Source: a virus (lineage: Duplodnaviria > Caudoviricetes). Taken from it: a stretch of 64,000 bases of DNA. The stretch covers positions 1-64,000 of the IMG/VR virus record IMGVR_UViG_3300019371_000256; one strand, written 5' to 3'. Both the position numbers and the translations under genes were made by a program. The notes under the pieces are model-generated. The model made no database searches, was not told where the DNA came from, and was given only the letters and a program-made list of their open reading frames with translations. How positions within the stretch are numbered: position 1 is the first letter of the stretch; every line of letters starts with the position of its first letter. Of this stretch, positions 28,434-39,700 are shown one piece after another.

Positions 28434-29472
28434 GAGAAGAGCAGTTCTTCTATCCATAGTAAAATCAATCGAAGGAGTGCTTGAAAAAATAGATAAGGAA
28501 AATGAGGTATTCATAAATTCCTTTGATAACCTGACGAAAGAACAAAAGAAAATTGCATTAAAGGGATTGGAAGAGCTTGTGAAAAAACTCCAGGCTTTTT
28601 TTATTGCTCAAAAAAAGGATTACATAAAGGCCATGAAAGAGCTGCCTGCTTATCTTAAAAAGCGTAAGATCAAGTACCGGATAAACATAAAAAAGGCAGA
28701 TGGCATTCCGGATGATATTTTAGACCAGTTTGTTGAAGTGATAACGGATTTTGTTTTTGCAAATGACAAACGGAGAATAGAGCAGTTGGAGGAAATATAT
28801 GCTGCGTATTCTGGTTCAGTATTCCCTGGGGTTGCTGAGATATGTGCCCGGTCCGTTGAAGGTTCTAAGCTTGGAAATGAACTGACATTGACAGATATGG
28901 CGGTAAAATGGTTGGAACAGCACAAGATTAAATTTGCACAGGAAGTTACAGAATCTACCCACAATTCAGTTATAAGGTCCTTGAAAAATACACTCACTGG
29001 TGCCAATGGAATCATAAGCGGTTCAGAGGACTTGATTTCTGTTCTACCGGATTTTTTTAAACAAACAGGACTGAAGCAGAAAAGCAAAAACCTTACCAGT
29101 GTTACTGATGTTGACCTTTATAACAAAATGTCCCAGGAGATCGAACAGCAGGCATGCTTTGAACATTACAGAGCCAGGAGGATAGCCAGAACAGAAACTA
29201 TAAATGCCACGAATTCGGCAACTCTTGAGGGGTGGAGGCAAAGTGACGTAATAGGCGGTAAGCAATGGGTATGTGCCATGAGTGATAACAGCAGGAAATC
29301 TCATAAAAAAGCTAACGGCCAGATTGTGGATGTTGATAAACCTTTTATGGTTGATGGTGAAAAACTCATGCATCCGGGAGATACCTCTATGGGAGCCAGT
29401 GCTGAAAATGTTATAAACTGCCGTTGTACCATGAAATCCGTACTGAAATATAAGATGAAAGGGAGGGGATAG
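28423..29472 (+). CDS. Head morphogenesis protein (Mu F / SPP1 gp7-like)
   Basis: RARRIARTET, KQWV, HPGD...ENVINCRC. Confidence 0.9.
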   Translation: MKPKRRAVLLSIVKSIEGVLEKIDKENEVFINSFDNLTKEQKKIALKGLEELVKKLQAFFIAQKKDYIKAMKELPAYLKKRKIKYRINIKKADGIPDDILDQFVEVITDFVFANDKRRIEQLEEIYAAYSGSVFPGVAEICARSVEGSKLGNELTLTDMAVKWLEQHKIKFAQEVTESTHNSVIRSLKNTLTGANGIISGSEDLISVLPDFFKQTGLKQKSKNLTSVTDVDLYNKMSQEIEQQACFEHYRARRIARTETINATNSATLEGWRQSDVIGGKQWVCAMSDNSRKSHKKANGQIVDVDKPFMVDGEKLMHPGDTSMGASAENVINCRCTMKSVLKYKMKGRG

Positions 29473-29474
29473 CC

Positions 29475-29927
29475 TTGGGTGATGTTATTTCAACTGTCAT
29501 ACCAATTGCCAAGGTGGATACTGTGACCAAGACAGTAATTGGTGTGGTTTACAAAGCGTCAAAGACGTTTGATGCCAATGGGAAACCATTAGACAATATT
29601 GACTCTCATGGAAATTGGGCAACTGTGGAAGAAGTAAAAAAAGCTTGCCATAATTTTAATAAAAAGCTGCAGCAAAAGAAACTTATAGGAAAGGTCGGAA
29701 TTGATAAGCAGCACAATGAAAAGCCGGGATACGGAGTTGTAATTGAAAGCTATATTGCAATGTCTGATATACCGGATATTAATGCTTCCCAAGGTGACTG
29801 GGTGGCTGCTGTTGAGGTTACCGACAATGAATGCTGGAAGGAGATTGAGAAAGGTGAAATCGAAGGTTTTTCTATTGGCGGAACTGCAAAGATAGATACA
29901 TCGAAAGGAGGTGAAAAAGGTGATTAA
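29475..29927 (+). CDS. XkdF-like prohead protease
   Basis: DSHG, IDKQHN, VIESYIA, WKEIEKGEIEGFSIGG. Confidence 0.82.
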   Translation: MGDVISTVIPIAKVDTVTKTVIGVVYKASKTFDANGKPLDNIDSHGNWATVEEVKKACHNFNKKLQQKKLIGKVGIDKQHNEKPGYGVVIESYIAMSDIPDINASQGDWVAAVEVTDNECWKEIEKGEIEGFSIGGTAKIDTSKGGEKGD

Positions 29928-30891
29928 AAAAATTATGAAAGCGGCAAAGCAGCCTGAAATCATACCTGGGGAAATGAGTGATATGGATATCGACATGATT
30001 TCCCTGGTGAGAAAAGGAGCAAACGGTCAGAAAATTCAGATTTATAAGTCTGATGATTCAGATGAAACAGAAGGTGATGAGGAAGCACAAGGTCTTCTGG
30101 AGGTCTTGAAATTTTATTTCAATAAAGGGAAAGTGCAAAAGGCAGATGAAGCAGCAAAACCGGCAGCGAAAATCCCCAAAAAGACCTTTTCCAGTATGAT
30201 GGCTGTAAACGATATCACAGAAAACATGTGGAGAGCGAATGACACATTACGCTCTGTTATGCGTGATATTATCAACAATGAAGAAATTACTGATAAGAAG
30301 GCAGCGTTATTGCAGGCTGTTGATGAATATTCCGCCTATATGAAAGACAAGGTGAATGTTTCAACAATAGCCAAGAGCGCGGCCTTTTTTGATGTTCCGG
30401 AATCTGTTATTGAAAAGGCTGGGAAGAAAGTCTCCTCAAAAAATTTAACTGCACTTAGGGATGCACAAAAGGCTTTGTCAGCAGTTATTGAGGAAGCGGA
30501 AGGACCAAAGAATCCGGAAGATGATCCGGATGAAGAAAAAAACAAGGAAGGCAACGAGAAACCTGGTGGTGAGAAGGAGGATGGAGAAGTGAAAAAAGAA
30601 GAATTGACTAATGTTATGAAAGAAGCTCTGGAGGATATCTTAAAGCCAATTGCAGAAAGGCTTGACAAGATTGAAAAGTCAGATACAGATGTGACTGAAG
30701 AGGAAGAAGCTGCAGAGGGAAATATTGCAGAGGTTGTAAAATCTGCAATATCAGAAGCCGTTAAACCAATTAATGAGAGACTTGAAAAGATTGAGAAATC
30801 CCGTGCCCTGCCCCGTAGTAAAGAAGGTGATGAACCGAATCAGGTTCAGAAATCGGAGGCAGGTATATATGACGGTTTTTTCGTTGAATAA
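29911..30891 (+). CDS. Scaffold-like protein
   Basis: ISLVRKGAN at the N-terminus; acidic coiled-coil ending LEKIEKSR. Confidence 0.65.
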   Translation: MKKVIKKIMKAAKQPEIIPGEMSDMDIDMISLVRKGANGQKIQIYKSDDSDETEGDEEAQGLLEVLKFYFNKGKVQKADEAAKPAAKIPKKTFSSMMAVNDITENMWRANDTLRSVMRDIINNEEITDKKAALLQAVDEYSAYMKDKVNVSTIAKSAAFFDVPESVIEKAGKKVSSKNLTALRDAQKALSAVIEEAEGPKNPEDDPDEEKNKEGNEKPGGEKEDGEVKKEELTNVMKEALEDILKPIAERLDKIEKSDTDVTEEEEAAEGNIAEVVKSAISEAVKPINERLEKIEKSRALPRSKEGDEPNQVQKSEAGIYDGFFVE

Positions 30892-30906
30892 GGAGGGAAA
30901 GAGAGC

Positions 30907-31830
30907 ATGAACAACAGAACATTATTATCAAAAGCAGCGGTAGATACTTCAACGCTGGGAACTGGCGGCAAAATGAATGCGGAGCAGTCCACTCAGTTTA
31001 TTACTTTTATGAAAGACTATTCTGTATTTTTAAGATCGGTTGATTTTATCACTATGCAGACCACCAGACGTGTATTGGAATATGGTGATATTTCAAGGAG
31101 AAATATGCGTAAGGCAAAAGAAAATCAGGATAACCCGGCAACGGGCAGCTTCTCAACCAAACAGAGGGAGCTGAATGCGGTTGGTGTAATCATGCCTTAC
31201 GATATTACTTTCCAGTTCATGAAGGAAAATATCGAAAAAGGAAACATCAATACAACTCTTGCTCAGCTGTTTGCCCAGCAGTTCGCAAATGACACCATTG
31301 ATCTTGCTTTCAATGGCAATGAAACCTCAACTGATGATTTCCTGAATATCAATAACGGTTGGGTTGCCATAGGGGAAGCAGATGGCGGAACCCATAAAAT
31401 TGATAATGCAGGAATTACATCAAAAAGGGAACTTTTTAAAACGCTGCTCGGAGCTGTACCGAGCAAATACTTTCAGATGTATCAGCAGGAAGATAAGAGC
31501 CTCCTTAAGCTCCTGGTGTCTCATAATGTCAACCGAGAGTATAAGGAAGAACTGACAGAAAGAAACACGGCTCTTGGTGACAGTCTTCTGATCAGCGGCA
31601 ATCATGTGGCCTATGATGGATTTGAAATTATCCCGGTGGGCTTCCTTTCTGATGATGTACAGATGGTTACTCCACTGAAAAACCTGGCCTATGGCGTATA
31701 TGGAGGAAACATTGAGACTTATCATGATGTTGTACCAAGAAAAACACGCCATGAGTATACATTACTTGCTGACTTTGATTTTGAAATCCATAATCCTGAT
31801 GTACTGGTTATGGGAAATAAGAGAACCTGA
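30907..31830 (+). CDS. Major capsid protein (XkdG-like)
   Basis: GGKMNAEQSTQF, QQFANDTIDLAFNG, NINNGW; position after the scaffold gene. Confidence 0.85.
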   Translation: MNNRTLLSKAAVDTSTLGTGGKMNAEQSTQFITFMKDYSVFLRSVDFITMQTTRRVLEYGDISRRNMRKAKENQDNPATGSFSTKQRELNAVGVIMPYDITFQFMKENIEKGNINTTLAQLFAQQFANDTIDLAFNGNETSTDDFLNINNGWVAIGEADGGTHKIDNAGITSKRELFKTLLGAVPSKYFQMYQQEDKSLLKLLVSHNVNREYKEELTERNTALGDSLLISGNHVAYDGFEIIPVGFLSDDVQMVTPLKNLAYGVYGGNIETYHDVVPRKTRHEYTLLADFDFEIHNPDVLVMGNKRT

Positions 31831-31844
31831 TAGGAGGGAACTTT

Positions 31845-32228
31845 ATGGGAAGAAAAGTAGAAGATAATCATAAGGTTGTAGTTGAAAATGAAAGCCCGGC
31901 TACAGATCTGATTCAACAGCAGGAAGAATTCACGTTTGAAGAAGAACCTGCGGCCGAACCGGAATCCAAAGAACCGGTTCAGCAGGAAGAGCCAGTAACC
32001 GAACCGGCCTCGGCATCAGAACCAGAAAAGAAAGAAGAGGAGAAAAAGGAAGAGCAGATACAGGAAGAGCAACCTAAGAAGAAACAGGCAGAATACTGGT
32101 TGATTCTCACAGGTGCGGCTTCCTATACTGGCTGCGGAATGCGTTTCTTTAAGAATCAGCCGACACTTGTTACGGATGACACAGCATGCAAAAAGCTTCT
32201 TTCTACAGGGCTTTTTGTATTGAAATAA
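31845..32228 (+). CDS. Hypothetical head-associated protein
   Basis: Acidic low-complexity ORF following the capsid gene. Confidence 0.6.
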   Translation: MGRKVEDNHKVVVENESPATDLIQQQEEFTFEEEPAAEPESKEPVQQEEPVTEPASASEPEKKEEEKKEEQIQEEQPKKKQAEYWLILTGAASYTGCGMRFFKNQPTLVTDDTACKKLLSTGLFVLK

Positions 32229-32599
32229 TGGAAGCGTATCTGACTGCCAATGATTTGAAAGCAGGCGGAGAATTTGAAGGTGTTGTGTTGGAAGAGGACA
32301 TGGAGCAGTTATCTGATAAAACTCTGGAAAATCTGCTGAAAACAGGGAAGGAACTGATTGACGCATACTGCGGTATCTCATTTGATGATAAGATTCCCAA
32401 TATGGTTAAGGTAGTAAATGCTCAGCTGGTCCCAGCTCTAATCCAGGATGATACCAAAAACAGTGAAAGTGTGGACGGATATTCTTATCAGAATAATCTG
32501 TCTGCCTTTTCCTCTATACTTTCAAAGCTTGATTTTCTGGTAATTGGTGGAAAAACAATTTCGGAGCGTAAAAGAAGCGTAAGGGCAAGGGTGATCTGA
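32228..32599 (+). CDS. Head-tail connector (YqbG-like)
   Basis: AYLTANDLK...LIDAYCG...SESVDGYSY. Confidence 0.7.
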   Translation: MEAYLTANDLKAGGEFEGVVLEEDMEQLSDKTLENLLKTGKELIDAYCGISFDDKIPNMVKVVNAQLVPALIQDDTKNSESVDGYSYQNNLSAFSSILSKLDFLVIGGKTISERKRSVRARVI

Positions 32600-32600
32600 T

Positions 32601-32942
32601 GTGAGTATAGGAAGAATGCTGATTCATAAATGCAATATCTATAAGCATGGTAATGAAAAAATCGGAAACTTTACTAAAAAAGTACCTAATATGAAAGCCT
32701 ATGAAAACCAAAGGTGTAGATTTATCCGGAAAAATTCAACTAATACAGAAGAAAATGGACGGGTAAAGGTAAATACATACTATGTTCTTATGCTTCCCAA
32801 AAGTGTATCAGTTGAAAATGGGAACATTGTTTGCTGGATAGACAAAAAGGGGAAAGAGACATACCGTTTTAAGGTTGAAGAGCCATATTCTCCATCCGGA
32901 AAATACAATCGTGTTTCAATAGAACGGGAAAGTGAGGCGTAA
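32601..32942 (+). CDS. Head-tail adaptor (YqbH/XkdH-like)
   Basis: MLIHKCNIY start; synteny. Confidence 0.65.
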   Translation: MSIGRMLIHKCNIYKHGNEKIGNFTKKVPNMKAYENQRCRFIRKNSTNTEENGRVKVNTYYVLMLPKSVSVENGNIVCWIDKKGKETYRFKVEEPYSPSGKYNRVSIERESEA

Positions 32943-32945
32943 GAC

Positions 32946-33557
32946 ATGGAAGATGGGCTTTTTATTGATGGGTTAAATGAACTTGAAAAAAAGCTATTAA
33001 AAGCCGCTCAAAAGAATATGCCTGAGGTTATTCAGAACATTCTTGACACATTAGGAGAAGTTCTTATAAATGAGGCAAAAGATGTGCTGCAGAATGATGG
33101 AAGGCCGCATGCCAGGTATGCCAAAAAGACCAGGACGGTATCCAAAGGAAAAAATAAAGGAAAGACCAGGAATTATCTCCAGTTCAAAGGAACTGTCAAT
33201 ACAAATGCGATTGATTCGGGATTGTTATGGAATTCCTTGTCCAGAGGCAGCGCCGGTAATATATGGACCTTTTCAGGAAAAGCCGGGAAGTTTACTTTGT
33301 GTGTCGGATCCAGTGTCAAATATGCCAGATACATCAATGATGGATATAAGGCAAAAAAGCATTGGGTACCTGGTACCATTGATGGCAGAGGAAAGTTCAT
33401 ATATCAGAAAGGTGCAAAAACCGGTATTATGGTTCATTCACATACTTATAAAGGTGTCAGGTACTTTGATATGGGCTTTGAAGAAATGCAGAAAGCTGCT
33501 CCGGAGGTCATAAGATACGAACTGGATAAGTTTAAGGAGGCCTTTGATAATGGATAA
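32946..33557 (+). CDS. HK97 gp10-like tail completion protein
   Basis: IDSGLLWNS, VGSSVKYARYINDGY, VPG; synteny. Confidence 0.75.
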   Translation: MEDGLFIDGLNELEKKLLKAAQKNMPEVIQNILDTLGEVLINEAKDVLQNDGRPHARYAKKTRTVSKGKNKGKTRNYLQFKGTVNTNAIDSGLLWNSLSRGSAGNIWTFSGKAGKFTLCVGSSVKYARYINDGYKAKKHWVPGTIDGRGKFIYQKGAKTGIMVHSHTYKGVRYFDMGFEEMQKAAPEVIRYELDKFKEAFDNG

Positions 33558-34056
33558 TTTACCGTTGCCAGAAAATAGGGCACTTTCGGATATTGTAAAA
33601 GAAGTTTTTGGTGATATCATGCAGTACCAAATAGATGTTCCTGAAAAATTTAAACGACCTTGTTTTCTTTTTATAAATCCGGATAAATCAACAAAAACTG
33701 AAGAACTAACAAAAACGTTGTATAAGGAAACGAAAACATATGAAATTTACATGTATTGTGCAGAAGATGATGTTGACAGTTTGACATTGAATAAAGAAAA
33801 ACTGATAGATTATCTTATGGGTTTGAAAAAGATACCAATACCAGATACAGAACGCTTTTTCACCATTGAAAGGGTTGCTGCAGATACCGATGATGTAAAT
33901 TCTATGGTAGCCTTTATGATTGAGGTCTCCAGGGTGAGATCCCGGAGTTTAAGACGTAATCCGGTACCCAAGATACAGCATATTGTGAATAAAGTCAGTA
34001 TTGAAGGGAGGAAAGCAGTAGAAGATGAACAGCAAAGCGGAATTCAGTCTGGATGA
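33544..34056 (+). CDS. Putative tail terminator / neck protein
   Basis: VPEKFKRPCFLF; position before the sheath gene. Confidence 0.55.
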   Translation: MIMDNLPLPENRALSDIVKEVFGDIMQYQIDVPEKFKRPCFLFINPDKSTKTEELTKTLYKETKTYEIYMYCAEDDVDSLTLNKEKLIDYLMGLKKIPIPDTERFFTIERVAADTDDVNSMVAFMIEVSRVRSRSLRRNPVPKIQHIVNKVSIEGRKAVEDEQQSGIQSG

Positions 34057-34201
34057 GATATGCCAGAATTCAAAGGAGCTTTTAGGAGTCTATCCGGAAG
34101 TGATTTATGGAGCTCTTTTTACTTGTGATAAGAAAGAGAAATATTCCCTAGGAGAAGTGAGCCAGGCAATTGATGAATTTCTAAAAAAGGAGGTAAGGTA
34201 A
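34025..34201 (+). CDS. Small phage protein (58 aa, not in the ORF track)
   Basis: MNSKAEFSLDEICQNSKELLGVYPEVIYGAL...IDEFLKKEVR; typical small gene before PBSX-type sheath genes. Confidence 0.65.
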   Translation: MNSKAEFSLDEICQNSKELLGVYPEVIYGALFTCDKKEKYSLGEVSQAIDEFLKKEVR

Positions 34202-34202
34202 C

Positions 34203-35624
34203 ATGTCAAGTGGAACATGGAAACCGGGTGAAAGTAAGGAACGTACCGGATTATATAACTGGTTTGTATCCTTGGCAGCATCCAGAATAGATGCTACTAA
34301 GAAAGGGGTTGTCGGTATCCCGATTAAGGCGGATTGGGGGCCTTGTAATCAGCTTACAATCTGTGAAGATGATTCAGCTATTATTTCCGCTTTTGGTACC
34401 GGCGGGACCGTATATTTAGCCCGGAGGGCTGCCAAGGGAGGGAAGCAATACAAACCATACCGGGTAATTTTATACCGTATGGCAACAGCCGAAGCAGAAC
34501 AGGCAGTTGCTACTGTTGAAGGCAGTTTTAAGTTAATTGCCAAATACAAAGGTAGCAGAGGAAATCAGTTCAGGGCAGCTATCACAGAAAATATTCAGGA
34601 TGAACAGTCAGTAAATCTTGCTATCTATGAAGGAAGTTCTATGATAAGCAAGTATACAGCAAAAAAGACAAATGTAAATGCTTTGGTTGCCGCTATAAAC
34701 AGTGATGATGAATCTCTGGTGACTGCGGTCAAAACCGGTGATACAGAACTTGCGGTAACTGCATCCATATCCTTTTCTGGTGGTAATTCAGGAAGTGGTG
34801 TGAAGGTTGAGGATTACATAAGAGCTCTGGCAGCATTTGAAACCGCCTATCTAAATACAATCTCCATGGATGGTGTATGTGATGAATCATTGCTTACTAC
34901 TGTGAAAAACTGGCAGAGCAGAGTATGGAATGCCGGGAAGATGATTCAGCTTGTCATTGGTGGGACACATGAAGATGATAAAGATCCGACCGTAGGGAAT
35001 GCAAGGTCAAAAGCCTGCGATAACTACGGTATTATAAACGGTATTGTTGGCGGTATTGATGCTGCCGGCAATATGTACTGTTCGGCAGAAATGGCACCGC
35101 AGATTGCCGGAGCAATAGCGGCGCTCCCCCTTAATAAAGCTATTACATATAAAGAGTTGGAAGATATTGTGAATGTTACAGCGGAATTGAGTGATACAGA
35201 AATCCGTGAAGCCACAACTGCCGGCTCTTTTGTTCTGTTCAAAGATACTGATCCTGAAACCTTTGAGGTCACTGTCAAAGTTGAGAGAGGCATTAATACT
35301 TTTACCAGTTTCACAGCTGAAGCAGGGGAAAAACTCCGGAAAATAAAAGCTATTTCTACAATGGCGGCCATTGATTACGATATTGGACGTTACGCCATGA
35401 AAAATGTATTGGGGGAGTTGGATAACGATGGTGATGGCAGAGCAGCCTTGCTCAGTGGGATTTCCCAGTATCTTGAAACCCTGGCCGATCAGCACGTAAT
35501 CAGTCCAGATATCCTTGTTGGGTTAAGTGAATCACTTGTCAGTGAAGGTGATACTGTTTATATGGAAACGCAGGCCCTGACAATTGATAAGATTGAACAG
35601 ATCTTTAATAAGGTCTTTCTGTAA
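34203..35624 (+). CDS. xkdK: Tail sheath protein
   Basis: GTWKPGESKERTGLY start; IKADWGP; ERGINTFT; KIKAIST. Confidence 0.9.
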   Translation: MSSGTWKPGESKERTGLYNWFVSLAASRIDATKKGVVGIPIKADWGPCNQLTICEDDSAIISAFGTGGTVYLARRAAKGGKQYKPYRVILYRMATAEAEQAVATVEGSFKLIAKYKGSRGNQFRAAITENIQDEQSVNLAIYEGSSMISKYTAKKTNVNALVAAINSDDESLVTAVKTGDTELAVTASISFSGGNSGSGVKVEDYIRALAAFETAYLNTISMDGVCDESLLTTVKNWQSRVWNAGKMIQLVIGGTHEDDKDPTVGNARSKACDNYGIINGIVGGIDAAGNMYCSAEMAPQIAGAIAALPLNKAITYKELEDIVNVTAELSDTEIREATTAGSFVLFKDTDPETFEVTVKVERGINTFTSFTAEAGEKLRKIKAISTMAAIDYDIGRYAMKNVLGELDNDGDGRAALLSGISQYLETLADQHVISPDILVGLSESLVSEGDTVYMETQALTIDKIEQIFNKVFL

Positions 35625-35643
35625 GAAGGGAGTGTTATAAGAC

Positions 35644-36075
35644 ATGGATGAAACCAAAGTTATAAATGGCTCTTACGGTGAGTGCCATTGTGAAGGAAAG
35701 TGGCTAACCAATATTTATAAAATGTCAGCAGATATTGAGCCTTCCTATGGTGATGTGAAAATGTCCGGTAGTCGATGGACCGGTCAGAAGTTACTTGGCT
35801 TAAAAGGCTCAGGAAGTATATCTGGATATAAAATCACATCAGAGTTGGTAAAGAATGTGGCAAGAATCACAGATGATCGGAAGTCAGAGTATGTAACTGA
35901 ACTGATTTCCAAGCTGGATGACCCGGAAGCGTATGGGTACGAGCGTGTCCGCCTGAAACATGTAAAGTTTTCAAAGATTCCTATTGTCGGTTGGGAAGTT
36001 GGTTCAATGGTGGAAGAAGAATGGCCATTTACCTTTGTTGGGGTGGAATGGTTGGATAAAATCGAAGAAAGTTAA
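35644..36075 (+). CDS. xkdM: Tail tube protein
   Basis: VINGSYGE; LISKLDDPEAYGYERVRLKHVKF; EEEWPFTF. Confidence 0.92.
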   Translation: MDETKVINGSYGECHCEGKWLTNIYKMSADIEPSYGDVKMSGSRWTGQKLLGLKGSGSISGYKITSELVKNVARITDDRKSEYVTELISKLDDPEAYGYERVRLKHVKFSKIPIVGWEVGSMVEEEWPFTFVGVEWLDKIEES

Positions 36076-36119
36076 TATTTGCGGCTCTGCGGAGCCGCTA
36101 TTTTTGAAAGGAGCACATT

Positions 36120-36614
36120 ATGAAAGAAAATAAAGCAGGATATGAAAACTTAGAGGATATGCCGGCAGATGCCTATGTGGAGCCTGTCACACAGACAGAC
36201 GAGGATTTGTTGGAAGCTCTCCTTGGAACTCCGGATGGAGATGAAAAAAAGGTATACATGAAACGGTTCAACTCTTATTTTACTGTAAAGGCAATTTCCT
36301 CAGAAGAATATGGTCAGCTTGAAAAGCGCTGCAAGTATCCGGTTAAGAATCCACGTACACACCAGATTGAGGAGAAAACCGATCAGGATAAATTATCCAG
36401 TATGCTCATTTTAACAGCATGTACAAAGCCCATCTGGAATAACCCTAAGTTGCTTGCCAAATACAGCACAGAGGATCCGACTAAAGTAATCCGTAAAAGG
36501 TTGTTAATCGGTGAGATTTCACAGCTCACAGAGGCCATTATGGACGTCTCTGGATTTGACGATGGGATGGAAGCAATAAAAAACTCATTAGCCGAGGCGG
36601 AGAAGCAGCAATAA
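36120..36614 (+). CDS. xkdN: Tail assembly chaperone (XkdN-like)
   Basis: PIWNNPKLL...LLIGEISQLTEAIMDVSGF. Confidence 0.85.
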   Translation: MKENKAGYENLEDMPADAYVEPVTQTDEDLLEALLGTPDGDEKKVYMKRFNSYFTVKAISSEEYGQLEKRCKYPVKNPRTHQIEEKTDQDKLSSMLILTACTKPIWNNPKLLAKYSTEDPTKVIRKRLLIGEISQLTEAIMDVSGFDDGMEAIKNSLAEAEKQQ

Positions 36615-36751
36615 TTCACAGACTGCTTCAGGAGAGCAATTATACTCTTTTTCCTGATGAAATATATGCGAAGCCTCGTAACGTAAGGAATTTTATGTAC
36701 GCCTCCCTGGAACTAACTATGAAGGATCGGAAGAAGCAGTCCAAAAAGTAA
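36578..36751 (+). other. -1 programmed frameshift site A AAA AAC (36578-36584) giving an extended chaperone that ends at 36751
   Basis: Slippery heptamer. The -1 frame is open for 55 codons (LISRGGEAAIIHRLLQ...FMYASLEL) up to the tape measure RBS. Confidence 0.8.
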
Positions 36752-36781
36752 TTTCAAGAAAATAAGGAAGGGGGTGGAGGT

Positions 36782-39700
36782 GTGGAATTGAGTGCGGTTT
36801 TATCATTACGGGACCGGTTATCTGCTAAGATGAAAAAGGCAAGCGAAGGTGTTGGAGCAATGACAAAACGGGTTAATGAATCAAAGGAAGCCTTAGTCAG
36901 GATGTCTCAGTCACAGAATATTAATATTTCTGCTCGTACCAATATTGCAGAGGTAATGCGAACTGCAAAGCTTGAAATGGCATCTTTGAAGAATACCATA
37001 GAAGAGAAAGAAATTGCTTTAAAGGTTCATTTAGATGATGGGCTCAATATGGATAAGATAGAAGAGCAGTTAAAGCATTTCAATGCTCTTGCAGAAACCG
37101 GAGAAGATATAATTCAAGGGTACAGTAATAAGCTGGACACTTTAAAGCAAAAACAGGCTGAATTTACTGATAAGACTAAAGTAAATACGAAACTTGGTAT
37201 TGAGCAATCTATTGATAGTTTAGAAAAAAAGCTAGCAGAAATAGAATCGGCAAAGCAGAAATTTACTGAGTGGCAAAAAATCCGAGCTGATTTCAGTGTT
37301 TTAGAAGAAGCCAGGTCAAAGCTGGCCGCAATGGAAAAGTCAGTAGAGGATTTGAATAAGACTAATGTAGCTGTCAGAGCCTATGTTGATTTCAAAGCCG
37401 ATGCCCTGAAACAAGTCTACGACATTGATGAAAAACTAAAAAGCTTAGGTAAGAAGGTTATCACTCCTGTAATTGATCTGAAGGATAGGGTTACGAATAG
37501 GATAAAACCAATAACTTCCAGGTTAAAAGGCTTGGCCAGGCAAAAGGTTCAGCCATTGGCAGTTCTTAAAGACAAGGTTACAAATGCCGCCGGAAAGGTT
37601 CGCCAAAGATTAGCAAAGGTGGCCGGGACTGTAGCATATCCGGTGGTAAAGCTTAAGGATATGGCTTCCCCTCTTGTATCTAAGATTTCAGCGAAAATAA
37701 AAAAAGTGACGGGTAAGGTTTGGGCGGCCACTGTAAAAGTGATTGACAAGACCGGACCTGCTTTAAAGAAAATTGGTTCAGGTCTTAAGAGTGTTGCCGG
37801 TATTGCTGCGAAAGGCATTGTCATTGGTGCTACAGTAGCCATGGCGGGAGCTACAGCGGCAACAGCAACCTCCATAAGTAAAGACCAGGCAATAAATTCT
37901 ACCATGGCACAAACGGGCCAGAAGGATAAGGCAGAAATAAACAGCATAATGTCAAATCTCTATCGTGATAATATGGGCGAAGATTATGCTGATCTTGGGA
38001 AAAGCATATCTACTGTTGCTCAGATATCCGGATCAACTGGTAAAGAATTAGAGGGTCTGACACACAATGCTTTGTTGCTTCGTGATACTTTTGAATTTGA
38101 TGTAACTGAAAGTACACGATCTGCAAAAATGATGATGGACCAATTCGGCATATCCGGGGATGAGGCTTATAACCTGATTGCCCAGGGAGCACAAAAGGGT
38201 TTAAATAAAAATGGGGATCTTCTGGATACACTGAATGAGTATGGTACACATTTCAAGCAGATGGGATTTTCCAGTACAGAAATGATGAATATGCTGGTAA
38301 ACGGAGCCCAAAGCGGTACCTTCTCTGTCGATAAGCTTGGTGATGCCATTAAAGAATTCGGAATAAGGTCAAAAGATGGAAGTGACGGTACTAAACAAGC
38401 GTTCAAGGATTTGGGACTGGATGCCAATCGGCTTACAAAAGATTTTGCGGCCGGGGGTGCCAAGGGAAAAGCGGCATTCCAAGAAGTAACCGCTGCGCTT
38501 GGAACCATGCAGGATCCGGTAAAGCAGAATGCTGCTGGTGTGGCTCTCTTTGGTACCATGTGGGAGGATCTGGGAGCTAAAGGCGTACTTTCCATGTCCC
38601 AGCTAAATGGTGAAATTCAAGGCGGTACAGATGCGCTGACAGAGATTAATAATATAAAGTATGATGATCTCGGAAGTGCCTTTGGAAGCTTAAAACGAAC
38701 CTTTACAGATGCGGTTTTGGAACCAATCGGGAAGAAGCTTACGCCGGTTGTATCAGATGCGGTAAATGTACTGAAAGGATTTGCGGGTAGGATTGGTAAA
38801 GCTATTGAATCAGGGGATACGTCTGAAATTGGAAACGTATTTAATGATATGATAGGTACTGGGGTTCAGGCTGTTCAAGATGGAGCACCTAAGATGATTA
38901 AAGCCTTGATCGGTGGTCTGGGTGGTTACCAGAAGATGATTAGACAGCAGGCGCCTTCTATTATAACAGCAGCAACTACTATAATCCTTACTCTTGTGCA
39001 GGGACTGACACAGGCAATGCCGGATCTTGCGGAGACATCAATATCGATTCTGGAAAGCTTTACCCAGGGTATTTCAGGAAACCTGCCTATGATAATTCAG
39101 GCGGCGGTACAATTACTTACCAGTTTAATTCAAGGATTCGTAAGCATGCTGCCGGCCATACTTAACCTGGGATTGCAACTGCTCTTATCTTTGATACAGG
39201 GAATCGTACAAAGTTTACCACTGCTAATAGATTCAGCGGTTCAGATAGTTCTTAATCTACTTCAGTTCATTACTGATAATCTACCTATGATAATCCAGGC
39301 TGCCATTGATATTATAATGACACTGGTACAGGCTTTAATTGACAATATCCCGGTATTGGTAGACGGAGCTATACAGATCATAACAGGACTGGTTAGCTTT
39401 ATCATTGAGAATCTACCTATGATACTGGAAGCTGCAATACAGCTTGTGGTAGCTTTGGTGAATGGACTTATTTCCGCATTACCTACTTTGGTTGAGGGTG
39501 CCTTAAATTTGGTATCTGCAATTTGGGACACTTTGAAAGGGGTGGACTGGCTGCAGCTTGGCATTGATCTGATAAAGGGAATCGGGGAAGGCCTGTTAAG
39601 CGGAGTAAAGCAGATTGGTAGCACCATAGGAAATGTTGCGGGCTCCATTGTAGGAAAATTCAAGAATTTCCTCGGAATACATTCCCCATCCCGGGTGATG

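Noticed and set aside
34099-34107. AGTGATTTA partial match to the shufflon site
   Set aside because: Only the 9-bp right part matches, the TWAART half is missing, and it is read in a different frame (EVIY) inside a small structural gene
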